Shown here: positions 28,623-38,253 of the stretch, in pieces
Numbering within the stretch: the stretch's first letter is position 1
Layout of the letters: the number at the start of each line of letters is the position of its first letter
Assembly: GCA_963725865.1 (NCBI GenBank)
Contig: CAVSAC010000012.1
Coordinates: forward strand, 384,001-448,000
DNA: 64,000 nucleotides
Direction: 5' to 3'
Origin: Candidatus Eiseniibacteriota bacterium
GTDB lineage: Bacteria; Eisenbacteria; RBG-16-71-46
Made by a program: the position numbers and the translations under genes
Notes under the pieces: generated by a model
Databases searched by the model: none
The model's input: only the letters and a program-made list of their open reading frames with translations
What the model was told of the DNA's origin: nothing

Positions 28623-31016
28623 CTATCTCACCACCACCGCCCGCGCCGTCTTCACCCGCACGCCGTCGCTCGCTTCGACCACCGCGCGCGCGAAGTACAT
28701 CCCGCTCGCCAGCCGTCCTGCCGGCACGCCGAACTCGTGGCGGCCCGCTTCGATCATGCCGTCGGCGAGCCGCGCGACCTGGCGCCCGCTCACGTCGTAC
28801 ACCGCGAGCGACACGCGTGAGCGCGCGGGCAGCTCCAGCGCGAACGCCGCGGTGCCGCGCGTGCGCACGGGCACCAGGCGCACTTCGGTGAACGCCGCGC
28901 CGATCGCAGGTCCCGGTCCGACGCCGGTCGAGCCGAGGTAGATCACCTTCACGCTGGTCGGTCCGTACTCGAGCACCACCACGCCGGCCGGGTCGATCCC
29001 GTTGACCGTGATGCTCGAGAACGTCCCGGAGACGCCACCGGCGTCGAGGACGGTGATGGTGTCGCCCACCGACGGTTCGAGGCCGGGGACCGTGAACAGC
29101 CTGAGCACGCCCGAGAGCTGCGCCTGGCCGTCCACCGTCAGCGTGTCGCGCATGCCCGCCACCCGGGCCGCGATGCGCATCGTGGTGCTGCACGCGCCGA
29201 TCAGGGTCAGATCGCCGCCGATGTGCAGGTGTCCGAGCACCGCGACGGGAACGTCCTCGCTCGCCGCGGGATGCGCAGCGGCTCCGTTCGTTCGCGACTG
29301 CGGCACGTCCGTGAACCCGTAGGGCTGAAAGGCGTCCTGCGTCAGCACGACGTTCGCGCCCAGCTCGCCGACCGCCTGGAAGCGCTGGTTCTGCGTGACC
29401 TGCACCGTGCCGCCGCCCGCGATCGTGCCCTGGACCGAGACGAGCGTGCCCTTGGCGAGCAGGGTGTCGCCCACGGGGATCACGATGCTGCCCGAATTCA
29501 CCCAGCTGCCGTTGAGCAGGCCATGCCCGCTGAGCGTGGTGGTGCCGGAGAGGACACCAGTCGGTGCGAACAGTGTCCCGTTCCCGAGCAGGATGGTCCC
29601 TTGCGCCAGCAGCTCGAGGCCGACCTGGAACGTGCCACCGCCGCGCACGTCGAGCGTGCCGGTGGCTCCCTGCTGCAGCGAGTTCGCGACCACGAGCGTG
29701 GCGCTGGAGTCCACCTCGACCACGCCGGCGCCCCCGAGTGAATCGGCCAGGGCCAGGTCGCCGAGCGCGTTGAGCACGGTGCTCGGTCCCGCGACCCGCA
29801 CGCGGCCGGCGCCGCCGCGACCGACGCCCAGCGCGATGGTGGAGCCCGGGGCGGGCGAGACCTGCACGGTGGCCGTGCCTTCGATCCACAGCGTCGGCGA
29901 GCCCACGCTGCTCGAGACGGCGAAGGGGGTCGACTGCTGGATGGTCGAGTTCCCGCTCAGCAGCTGGACCGTGCCGTTGCGCAGCTCGAGCTCGCCGGCG
30001 AGCGAGCTCGGCATGCTGATCGGTCCGCCGAGGATCACGCTGCTGCCCTGCACGCGCAGCGTCCCGTGGTCGCCGTTGCCGCTGATGTGATCGGCGTCCC
30101 CGATCGTGCAGCCGCCGCCGAGCCGGATGGCGCCGGCTTCGAGGGAGAGCAGCCCGATGCCGGCGAGCAGCGCGGTCGGCTCGAAGCCGATCGACGTCGT
30201 GCCGGCGACGTTCATGCCGGGCGTGAGGATGCCGGCGGTCTTGTAGACGCGCAGGGTGCCGGTGCCGCGGCGCGCCACCACGAGCGGGCCCTTCAGGTCC
30301 ACGAAGCCGCCGTTGAAGACGTCCACGCGGGCGGTGCCGCCGTTGGCCACGATCATCCCGCCGCGATCGCCGCCGCCCGCGGCAGTGAGCGTCGACACTC
30401 GCGAGCCCACGTGCGTGAGCGCGTTTCCGCCGGCGACGGTCAGGCTGCAGGTGGTGGCGACCCGCGGGGCGAGCGAGTACCAGCTGTTCGAGATGAACTG
30501 TCCCTCGCCCTGCACGTGGACCGCGCCGAACGTGCCGGTGGTGTCGCCGAACTCGGTCGGTGCGTCGGGGGAGACCGAGACGGCCTGACAGCCGCTGCCG
30601 CTCACGATCAGTCGGCCCGCGCCGGCGTGCCCCACGATCCATTGGTTCGAGCGCACGCGGCCCGCCGCGATGCTCAGGATGCCGCCGTTCTCCACGAACG
30701 CGAAGTTCCGCACGCCGAGGTTGGAGGCGATGCTCATCGCGGGCGTGCCGACGGTCACATCGAGACCGGCCAGCGTGTCCTGCGGCGCGGCCCAGCTCAC
30801 GGTGTAGGCCCCGCCGAGCGTGAAGAAGGCGATGTCCGCCGCCCCGGGGACGAACGCCGGGTTCCAGTTGGCAGCCACGCCCGCCGAGCCGTTCACCGCG
30901 GCGCGCCACACGGTGCTCGCGGCACGGGCGGGAGCGGGCGACAGCGCGGTCGCCATGAAGAGCGCGGCGAGCATCCGCGTGCCGCGCTGGGGGAGCGCGG
31001 CGAGGGAGCGAAGCAT
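28623..31016 (-). CDS. Secreted beta-helix/passenger-like protein with T9SS-CTD-like tail
   Basis: Signal peptide, Gly-rich G.GTL.V strand repeats, tail YDVSGRQVARL...GMYFARA. Confidence 0.75.
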   Translation of the reverse strand: MLRSLAALPQRGTRMLAALFMATALSPAPARAASTVWRAAVNGSAGVAANWNPAFVPGAADIAFFTLGGAYTVSWAAPQDTLAGLDVTVGTPAMSIASNLGVRNFAFVENGGILSIAAGRVRSNQWIVGHAGAGRLIVSGSGCQAVSVSPDAPTEFGDTTGTFGAVHVQGEGQFISNSWYSLAPRVATTCSLTVAGGNALTHVGSRVSTLTAAGGGDRGGMIVANGGTARVDVFNGGFVDLKGPLVVARRGTGTLRVYKTAGILTPGMNVAGTTSIGFEPTALLAGIGLLSLEAGAIRLGGGCTIGDADHISGNGDHGTLRVQGSSVILGGPISMPSSLAGELELRNGTVQLLSGNSTIQQSTPFAVSSSVGSPTLWIEGTATVQVSPAPGSTIALGVGRGGAGRVRVAGPSTVLNALGDLALADSLGGAGVVEVDSSATLVVANSLQQGATGTLDVRGGGTFQVGLELLAQGTILLGNGTLFAPTGVLSGTTTLSGHGLLNGSWVNSGSIVIPVGDTLLAKGTLVSVQGTIAGGGTVQVTQNQRFQAVGELGANVVLTQDAFQPYGFTDVPQSRTNGAAAHPAASEDVPVAVLGHLHIGGDLTLIGACSTTMRIAARVAGMRDTLTVDGQAQLSGVLRLFTVPGLEPSVGDTITVLDAGGVSGTFSSITVNGIDPAGVVVLEYGPTSVKVIYLGSTGVGPGPAIGAAFTEVRLVPVRTRGTAAFALELPARSRVSLAVYDVSGRQVARLADGMIEAGRHEFGVPAGRLASGMYFARAVVEASDGVRVKTARAVVVR

Positions 31017-31134
31017 GTGGACCTCCGGAACGGAGCGGGTTCGGCGAGGAGGCGCGAAGGCGGGGGACCTCGAGCCTGTGCACCCGTTCCTACGTTCCGG
31101 CGCAGCGGAGCGAACGTCCGCCCAGATACGCCTG

Positions 31135-31162
31135 GGGCGGCGTCCCTTCTGGACGCCGCCCC
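31135..31162 (-). terminator. GC-rich hairpin downstream of csp copy 1
   Basis: GGGGCGGCGTCC-cttct-GGACGCCGCCCC; homologous hairpin downstream of copy 2. Confidence 0.6.
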
Positions 31163-31187
31163 TTCGGCGCGAGGTGGTACGCGAGCG

Positions 31188-31391
31188 CTAAGCCTTACGG
31201 ACGTTCGCCGCCTGCAGCCCCTTCGGACCGCGGGTCACGTCGAACTCGAGCGACTCACCCTCTGCCAGCGTCTTGAAGCCTTCGCCTGAGATTGCCGAGA
31301 AATGGACGAAGACATCCTCACCGCCATCCGCCTGGGTGATGAAGCCAAAGCCCTTCGCCTCGTTGAACCACTTCACGTTGCCACTAGCCAC
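31188..31391 (-). CDS. cspA: Cold-shock protein (copy 1)
   Basis: [13 protein letters not shown] (RNP1), VFVHFSAI (RNP2); GTG start with AGGAG RBS. Confidence 0.97.
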   Translation of the reverse strand: MASGNVKWFNEAKGFGFITQADGGEDVFVHFSAISGEGFKTLAEGESLEFDVTRGPKGLQAANVRKA

Positions 31392-31580
31392 TTGAGACTC
31401 CTGTTGAATCCGGGTCCGAAGACCCTCCTTGCCGCGATATCACGCTGCGGCCGCGTCCGGTCATGGTGACCGTCGCCTCGATCGATGGGGACTGACGCCC
31501 AACAAAAAACCCGCCCGAGAGGTCTCTGGCGGATCTGAACGTCGAATGACACATCCACACACAACCGAAGACAAAGGGAC
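31392..31580 (-). ncRNA. Conserved structured csp leader with internal terminator (31504-31532)
   Basis: Strong similarity to 58587-58770; CCGCC..GGCGG stem plus T-run; GGGTC-TTCG-GACCC hairpin near the RBS. Confidence 0.65.
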
Positions 31581-31723
31581 TATCGGTCATCACGCGGCGG
31601 AAGGACAGACAATTCGCGGTGAACCCCGCGCGGCCCCCCGGCGCCAGCGGATTCGCCAATGAAAGGGCACATTCGTCGCGCGGGGGACCCGCCTGGTGGG
31701 TGGCGCCGGCCGCGGGGGGCAGC

Positions 31724-34564
31724 CTACCGCCACGAGTACGTGAACACCGCCTGCACGTAGCGGCCCAGCGTGCGGTCGCGCGAGTCCTGCACGTAGGTCT
31801 CGGTGACGCTGCGGCTGACGCTGCGGTTCTGCTCCAGCACGTCGGTGGCGGTCACGCGCAGCTCGCCCTTCTCGCCCTTCAGGAACTTCTTCCCGACCGA
31901 CGAGTTCCACAGCACGACGTCCTGCCCGTAGGCGGTCGGCACGCCGCTCGTGAGGTTGTGGTTCAGCTCCTGGCGGAACGTCACGCCGGGCCCGACCTCG
32001 GCGCTGAACCGCAGCCCCGCGCTGTGGGTGAAATAGTCGCCGGTGGTGCTGGGGCTCAGCGTGCTGCGCGAGAGGTTGTAGGTGGCCCAGTACGACAGCG
32101 TGAAGTCCAGCTTGGGGCTGATGTTGCTCGCCAGCACCACGCCGCTGCGCAGCGCGTAGGTGCGGCTCACGTTCGTGCCGCCGTTGATGCGCGTCGGAGT
32201 GCGCGTGAACGTGCCGCCGCCGTTGAGGCTCAGGATGCTCTTCAGCCGCGTGGCCGGCCGGCTGTAGACGCCGAACACGCTCGCGTTCCACGACTCGTCC
32301 AGGTTCACCGGCCGGGTGAGCTGGGTGCCGCGCGCGAGCGCCACCCCGTCCACCACGGTGTCGGCGGCGGCGGTGAACGTGGAGTTCGCGATGGTGTGCG
32401 AGGTGCGCGACACGTTGGCGAACAGGAAGCGGCTGCGCGAGCGGGCCGGGTCGGCCTCGGACAGGCGCAGCATCAGCGAGTGCGTGTAGGTCGGCCGCAG
32501 CTCGGGGTTGCCGGTCGTGAGTGACAGCGGGTTCGAGTTGTTCACCACGTTCTGCAGCTGGCCGATCGAGGGCGGGTTGGTCGAGGTGTTCCACGCTAGG
32601 CGCAGATTGCGCCGGTTCGCGAAGTTGCCGGTCAGCTGGAGCGACGGCAGCGCGTCGTCGAACGTGCGCTCGATGAGATGGGTGAGCGGATAGGTCTGCT
32701 CGGAGTGGAGCCGCGTCTGCTGGTACGAGGCGTTCGCGAGCAGCCGCCAGACACCGCGGGTGACGAGCATCGCGAGCCCGGCGTTCTGCGCGGTGTTGCG
32801 GTTGCGGTACGAGTTCGAGAGCGCGCTGTCCGGCAGGGTGTAGCTGCCGCTCAGCGGGTCGCGCTGCCGCGCGCGCGCGTCGGACTCGCTGCGGGTGAGC
32901 GACGGATTGTAGATCGCCTGCAGCCGGAGCTGGGGTGCCACCGGCTCGGTGAACGCGATGCGCGCGGACAGCGAGTTGGTGACGGTGCGCGAATCGCTCT
33001 GCTGGTCGAGCGTGTCGCTGGTGGTGGTGGTGCCCTCGTAGAAGTCGGTGAGCGAGAACTGCGAGCCGTCGCCGTTCCGCAGCGTGTGGCCGGCGTTCAG
33101 GTCGGCCGAGACGTTGCGCCCGCGCTTCGCGAAGCGGTGGCGCAGGGTCAGGCGGCTCGAGAGGTTGTTGCCGTCGTTCTGATCGCGGGTGTCGCTCGCG
33201 GCGGCGCTCAGCAGCGCGCCGAGCGTCGACGTGTTGGCGGCATCGCCGCCGCTGCGCGCGTCGGTGTTCTGGAAATAGAGCCGCGGCTGGAAGATCACCG
33301 AGTTGAGCGAGTCGGGGGTCCACTCGAGCCGCGCGTCGACGCGCTGGTTGCCGTTGCGGCTCGAGGTGGTGGCGGTCTGGCCGTAGAACGCGAGCGAGTC
33401 CTGCGGCGGCAGGTACTCGCGCGAGAGCGTCTGCAGGTTGTCGGTCTCGGTGTCGTTGACGAATAGGCTCGAGGTCACCGACACGCGCTTGCCCCACTGG
33501 CCGGCGTAGTTCACGCCGCCCGAGTGCGTGGTGCTGATGCCGGACTGCTGGCCGACCAGGAAGCTGCTCGGATCGAACGCGCCGCCGCCGAAGCCGCCGC
33601 CGCCGATGCGGATGATCTGCGGGCGACCGCCGCCTCCTCCGCCTCCGCCGGGGCCGCCGAACATCCGGATGCGCGGGCCGCCACCGCCGCCGCCCGCGCC
33701 GCGCATCGCGCCGAACAGATCCTGCGGCGAGAAGTTCCGCTCGTTGATGTTGTTCGACATTCCGATCAAGGTGAGCCGCGTGGCGCCGCGGATCAGCGTG
33801 GCGTTGCCGCCGGACTGATAGCGGTCGTCGTCGCCGTAGCCGCCGTAGATCTTCCCGAACTGCGTTTTCCGGTCGCGCAGGATGAAGTTCATCGTCTTCT
33901 GCGCCTGGCCGTCGTCGAAGCCGCTGAACTCGGCCTGGTCGCTCATGCGGTCGTAGACCTGGATGCGGTCCACCACCTCGGCCGGCAGGTTGCGCATCGC
34001 GGCGGTCGGATCGCTGCCGAAGAACGGGCGGCCGTTCACGAGCACCTGCTGCACGTTCTCGCCCTGCGCCTTGATCTGCCCGTTCTCCATGGTGACGCCC
34101 GGCAGCTTCTGCACCAGGTCCTCGGCGGTCGCGTCGCGGTTGGTCCGCACCGCGCCGGCGTGGAACTCGGTGGTGTCCGCCTTCTGCACCGCGGGAATGC
34201 CCGACTCCGAGATGTCGACCCCCGGGAGCGGGATGGAGCGCGGCGTGAGCGACAGCAGGCCGGCGTCCTGATCGGGCCGGGTGATCCGCACCGTCGTGCG
34301 CAGCGTCTCGTAGCCCAGGCGCGCGGCCTCGAGCCGGTAGTTACGCCGGCCGAGCCCGCTGATCACGAACGTGCCGGAGTCGCTCGCGGTCGCACGGTGC
34401 ACGTCGGTCGGATCGGCGACGCTGGTGAGCTTCACCTGCACGCTCGCCACCGGCGCGCCGGTCGCGCCGTCCTGGAATCGTCCGCGCAGCGTGGTGGACT
34501 GGGCGTGGGCGAGCGTGGGAATGAGCAGCAGGGCGAGGACCAATCGAGTAGCACGAAGCCTCAT
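31724..34564 (-). CDS. TonB-dependent-receptor-like OM beta-barrel with N-terminal carboxypeptidase-regulatory-like domain
   Basis: Signal peptide, KADTTEF, EDLVQKLPG, LVNGRPFF, GNPELRP, C-terminal GRYVQAVFTYSW. Confidence 0.85.
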   Translation of the reverse strand: MRLRATRLVLALLLIPTLAHAQSTTLRGRFQDGATGAPVASVQVKLTSVADPTDVHRATASDSGTFVISGLGRRNYRLEAARLGYETLRTTVRITRPDQDAGLLSLTPRSIPLPGVDISESGIPAVQKADTTEFHAGAVRTNRDATAEDLVQKLPGVTMENGQIKAQGENVQQVLVNGRPFFGSDPTAAMRNLPAEVVDRIQVYDRMSDQAEFSGFDDGQAQKTMNFILRDRKTQFGKIYGGYGDDDRYQSGGNATLIRGATRLTLIGMSNNINERNFSPQDLFGAMRGAGGGGGGPRIRMFGGPGGGGGGGGRPQIIRIGGGGFGGGAFDPSSFLVGQQSGISTTHSGGVNYAGQWGKRVSVTSSLFVNDTETDNLQTLSREYLPPQDSLAFYGQTATTSSRNGNQRVDARLEWTPDSLNSVIFQPRLYFQNTDARSGGDAANTSTLGALLSAAASDTRDQNDGNNLSSRLTLRHRFAKRGRNVSADLNAGHTLRNGDGSQFSLTDFYEGTTTTSDTLDQQSDSRTVTNSLSARIAFTEPVAPQLRLQAIYNPSLTRSESDARARQRDPLSGSYTLPDSALSNSYRNRNTAQNAGLAMLVTRGVWRLLANASYQQTRLHSEQTYPLTHLIERTFDDALPSLQLTGNFANRRNLRLAWNTSTNPPSIGQLQNVVNNSNPLSLTTGNPELRPTYTHSLMLRLSEADPARSRSRFLFANVSRTSHTIANSTFTAAADTVVDGVALARGTQLTRPVNLDESWNASVFGVYSRPATRLKSILSLNGGGTFTRTPTRINGGTNVSRTYALRSGVVLASNISPKLDFTLSYWATYNLSRSTLSPSTTGDYFTHSAGLRFSAEVGPGVTFRQELNHNLTSGVPTAYGQDVVLWNSSVGKKFLKGEKGELRVTATDVLEQNRSVSRSVTETYVQDSRDRTLGRYVQAVFTYSWR

Positions 34565-34807
34565 CAGCAGACCTCTGGGTTCGCGTGAATCGCGCGGAGC
34601 GTCAGGATGCAGCACTGCAGCCGATGAGGCGAGTCGATGATGCCGTAACCGGCACCGTTGATGGCTCCGAACTGCCGCGCTGGTCGCGCTGACCGACGCA
34701 TCTTCGTAGACCCCAAGGAGGGCGAAAGGGTTGGACGGCCGCCCACCCGCCGCTGGACGGGCCGCGCAACGCCTGCGATGCTGCGACGCGTGTGACGAGC
34801 GATAGAC

Positions 34808-35711
34808 GTGCGGGCGCTGGCCAGAGTTGCGGTGATCGTGCTGGCACTCGGCCTGGTCCTGCCGCTCGATGCGGCGCACGCCAGACGCGCCGGTCCCGCG
34901 CCTTGAGACAAGGACCGCGCCTACACCATGTTCGACGACGCCATGCCGCCGGACACGGTCGGCCTCGCGCCGGTGTGGTCCATGGTGATGCGGGACAGCG
35001 GCCGGCGCGCGGACGTGATCGGCGATCGCTTTCGCGACCCCGCCCTCGGGAGGCCGTCTTCCGGCTGACTCGATCTGGCTCTGGCGGCGACAGTACGAGC
35101 CCGATTCGCACGGCCGACTATTCCGGACGCAGGTCTCGGTCGCTCCCGTGCTCGACAACGGCGAGCTCGAGTCATCCGAACTGCGCTGGCAGGACTTGCG
35201 AGCGAAGTTGCTGACCGACAGCGTCTACTGCAGCGAGCGACCGATTCCCAGCGGAGGCGCGCAGTATCTCTCGGGCGACCGACAAACGCTGCTGGTGCTC
35301 GGGGGGCACGCGCTCAATGTCCACGCCGAGACGGGAGACTTCGGTCTCGTGGGGGAGTTCGGTCTGGCGGACACTTTCGACATCTCGGAAGCAATGCGGC
35401 CGCGCCGCATCGAGAAGACGCTGAAGGCCGACGGACCACTGGTGAACGGAGCCGTGTCTGAGGACGGTTCGCGACTGGCCGTGGAGATCCTGCTCCCCGA
35501 AGCGCGAAACCCCGGGAGGATCGAACTGAAGGTAGTCGTGTTGGAGCGAGGTCGAGGCGGGCTTTCACTGCCGAAGATCGTGCTTCCTCGGACTCGGATG
35601 ACCGGGCTCTGGCTCGTCGACCGATTCCTGTTTGTGGGCATGCAGCATGCGTCACCGTCATGGTCGTATCCGGTGACCGATGCGATCGACCTGTTCGACA
35701 TCGGATCCTGA
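34808..35711 (+). pseudogene. Disrupted secreted hypothetical protein
   Basis: Signal peptide MRALARVAVIVLALGLVLPLDAAHA, in-frame TGA at 34904-34906, then apparent frameshifts before the 35148-35711 frame. Confidence 0.45.
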
Positions 35712-35750
35712 CGACTGCGTGAGAGTCGTGCTCGCCGATCGGCTCCGGCT

Positions 35751-36845
35751 TCAGCGGAAACGCTGACGGAGTCTGCGCAGTCCGGCGGTGTCGACACGCG
35801 CGGGCGCGGGTCGCCGGATCCAGACCATCGCCCGTCGGACGTCTCCGGGCGGGTGGAAGATCTGTGCCCCCGTGGCCAGATCGAAGACGTAGGTGCGGAT
35901 TCCGGTCACGACGAGGAACCCGTGCCGTTCCACCATCCCCGTTTCGGGCAACTCCTCGTCCCTGCGTATCAGTGGCGTGTCGAGGAGTTGCAGCTTGCCG
36001 CGACGCCGGTCCATCAGGTACAGGGGCCCGACGATCGACGTGACGTTGGGTTGCGGTCGCCCGAGGCGGAGGGCCAGCCCCCGCGCCGGCTGGCTGCGGA
36101 GCGGAATGAAGTACCAACCGAATCTCGACTCCGGTTCTCCGTCGGGGGGAGCGATGGACTCAGGCGTGCCGCCCCATCCGCTCGCTGTGATCCTCGCGCG
36201 CAGATGGTCGAGACCGATCGCCGGACGACGCCGGATGGATCCCGCGCTCGGAACCGCCCACGACGTGCACCCGGACCACCAGCCGCAGTCCGTCGTCTCG
36301 GCCTCCGCGATGCGCCAGTTCGCACCTTCGCGATCCGACTGCCACAACTCGGAATGACACTTGAGGAAGGGTGGCTCGGTCCTCGAGTGCGCGCGGGGCA
36401 CGCCGGCGACGGAGGACGCCTGCCAGCAGAGGCTGTCGAGATTGAACCACCAATCGGAGATCCGTCCGGAGTTCGGGAGTTGCAGGACAGGCCAGGGCTC
36501 GGCCTCGAATTCCCACGCGAGCCGGAACAAAGTGTCAGACTCGACGTACTCCACGAACGACTCGGTGCTGTCCCAGTACACGCCACTGGGCTGTCCCTCG
36601 CCGCAGCAGGTTCGGAACAGAGTGTCGGTCCTCGAGACGGGATCGAAGATCCGCCACTCCTCGCAAGGCACCCCGCTGCGCATGGACACGGAAAAATAGC
36701 TGAGTACCTCGCGGCTCGCCTTTCGTGCCTGCGCGGCGCGAACGCCTCCGACGAGCGCCGCGATCACGGCCAACGTCGTGGCCGCGGTGCGAGTTCGCGA
36801 TGCGATGCGCGCGCAGCGCCGGGCATCGACGCCGATCGGGCTCAT
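35751..36845 (-). CDS. Secreted hypothetical protein
   Basis: Hydrophobic N-terminus, Trp/Cys-rich globular sequence; ATGA-coupled to the upstream gene. Confidence 0.65.
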   Translation of the reverse strand: MSPIGVDARRCARIASRTRTAATTLAVIAALVGGVRAAQARKASREVLSYFSVSMRSGVPCEEWRIFDPVSRTDTLFRTCCGEGQPSGVYWDSTESFVEYVESDTLFRLAWEFEAEPWPVLQLPNSGRISDWWFNLDSLCWQASSVAGVPRAHSRTEPPFLKCHSELWQSDREGANWRIAEAETTDCGWWSGCTSWAVPSAGSIRRRPAIGLDHLRARITASGWGGTPESIAPPDGEPESRFGWYFIPLRSQPARGLALRLGRPQPNVTSIVGPLYLMDRRRGKLQLLDTPLIRRDEELPETGMVERHGFLVVTGIRTYVFDLATGAQIFHPPGDVRRAMVWIRRPAPARVDTAGLRRLRQRFR

Positions 36846-38122
36846 CGCCGCACCACAAACGCGTCCGCGCTGCTGCGAACCACGATGCCCGACGACCTGC
36901 GCTCGTTGGTGAGCACGTCGATCGCGACGAGGCGGTGGTTCTCGAGGACGACGACCTGTGTGTCGCTCAGCCAGCCGATCAGTTCCGCGTGGGGCAGCCG
37001 GAGCAGGGGCACAGGCGCCGAGGTGATGTCGTCGATCTCGACGAGAGGGAGGTCGGCCAATGACCGGCGAATGCTCGCCAGTCGAATCGAGTCGGGGCGG
37101 CTGTGGCTGGACAAGCGGATGTTCGCAGCCGGGCCTGTGGTCGCCTGGACCGTGAACGCGACCCGAGCGCTCGTCGGAGCGATGCGTGCCTGCGAGGTGT
37201 AGAAGCTGACGTCATAGCCCGAGTTCTGATAGCGCACCCACTCGTCGAACAGCGTGATGGTGCCATCCGGCCTGGTGCACGTGGTCTGGTTGCTGCTGGC
37301 GTTCCGCCAGCCACAGCATCCGCCATCGTCCGTCACTTCGACCCGGCACGGCGGTTCGACTCGGTAGTCCAGGAAATCCCAGAGTGCGAGCCTCGCCTCG
37401 GGACCCCACGATTCGTCGCTCCTCCGAAACAGCGTCGTCCGCGACCCGGCGACTGGCAAAGACCACAACTCCCCGTCGTGGTACTCCGCGGAAACAACCT
37501 GCTCCCAGTGTGTGAGGAGGAAGAACTCGTCCACGACGCCGCCGGGCGCCCAGAGTTCAGGACTTGGGCATGGTTCGAGGAGTGCGACCAGACGAAGGGA
37601 CTTCTGGCACGGTGGGAGCAGGGCATCGACGACTCGCGCTCCCTCGCGCGCGGCGAGGTCCGTTCGTCCGACCGTGATTCGCGTCGAGGTGCTCTCCGCG
37701 GGCGAGCCGCTGAAGGGTTCCTCGCCGAGTTGGAGGAAGTAGAGGGAGCGCCCATCGTCGCCGAGAAACCACGCGCGTTCGATACTTGTCGCGCGTTTCA
37801 CCGCCGGCGCCGATGCGGCGAGGCCGGAGTCGGGATGGAGCACGCGCGCGGCCGCACCATCCCACAGCCACAGCCGGCCGCCACCGAGCCGCCCCAGGAT
37901 CTGGCCCGCCCCATTGATCGTGAGCCGGGTCGGATCGTCGTAGGTCGCGCGGGGAAGTCGCACTCCGCCGACGCGCGAGAAGTCGCTGGGCTCGAAGGCG
38001 ACGATCTCGCCGGGCGGTTGGACCGCCCACAAGGTCGCGTCGGGACGAGCATGCGGCTGCCCGGCGCACGCGACTGGAGCCTGAAGGACGACGAGGAGCG
38101 CGAACACGAGCGGCCAGCGCAT
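36842..38122 (-). CDS. Secreted hypothetical protein (possibly propeller-like)
   Basis: MRWPLVFALLVVLQAPVACA signal; GGAGG RBS. Confidence 0.65.
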   Translation of the reverse strand: MRWPLVFALLVVLQAPVACAGQPHARPDATLWAVQPPGEIVAFEPSDFSRVGGVRLPRATYDDPTRLTINGAGQILGRLGGGRLWLWDGAAARVLHPDSGLAASAPAVKRATSIERAWFLGDDGRSLYFLQLGEEPFSGSPAESTSTRITVGRTDLAAREGARVVDALLPPCQKSLRLVALLEPCPSPELWAPGGVVDEFFLLTHWEQVVSAEYHDGELWSLPVAGSRTTLFRRSDESWGPEARLALWDFLDYRVEPPCRVEVTDDGGCCGWRNASSNQTTCTRPDGTITLFDEWVRYQNSGYDVSFYTSQARIAPTSARVAFTVQATTGPAANIRLSSHSRPDSIRLASIRRSLADLPLVEIDDITSAPVPLLRLPHAELIGWLSDTQVVVLENHRLVAIDVLTNERRSSGIVVRSSADAFVVRR

Positions 38123-38253
38123 GCAGCCTCCGATGGCAGTCAGCGCGCAGCATATCACGAGGTGGGCGAGCCCACGGGAGCGCCACTCGCTCGGCACGAT
38201 CGGTACGCTCGCGACCAGCCGCGGCAGTCGACTCGCCGCGCGCTCCGGGCGGA

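Noticed and set aside
31651..31665. TTGGCG box upstream of csp as a sigma54 promoter
   Set aside because: No GC at the -12 position in either copy.
33590..33705. CCG-rich repeats
   Set aside because: They encode a Gly-rich loop in the receptor, common in this OM family.
34904..34906. Selenocysteine or stop read-through at the in-frame TGA
   Set aside because: Not a redox-motif context, and further frameshifts follow; decay or sequencing error is simpler.
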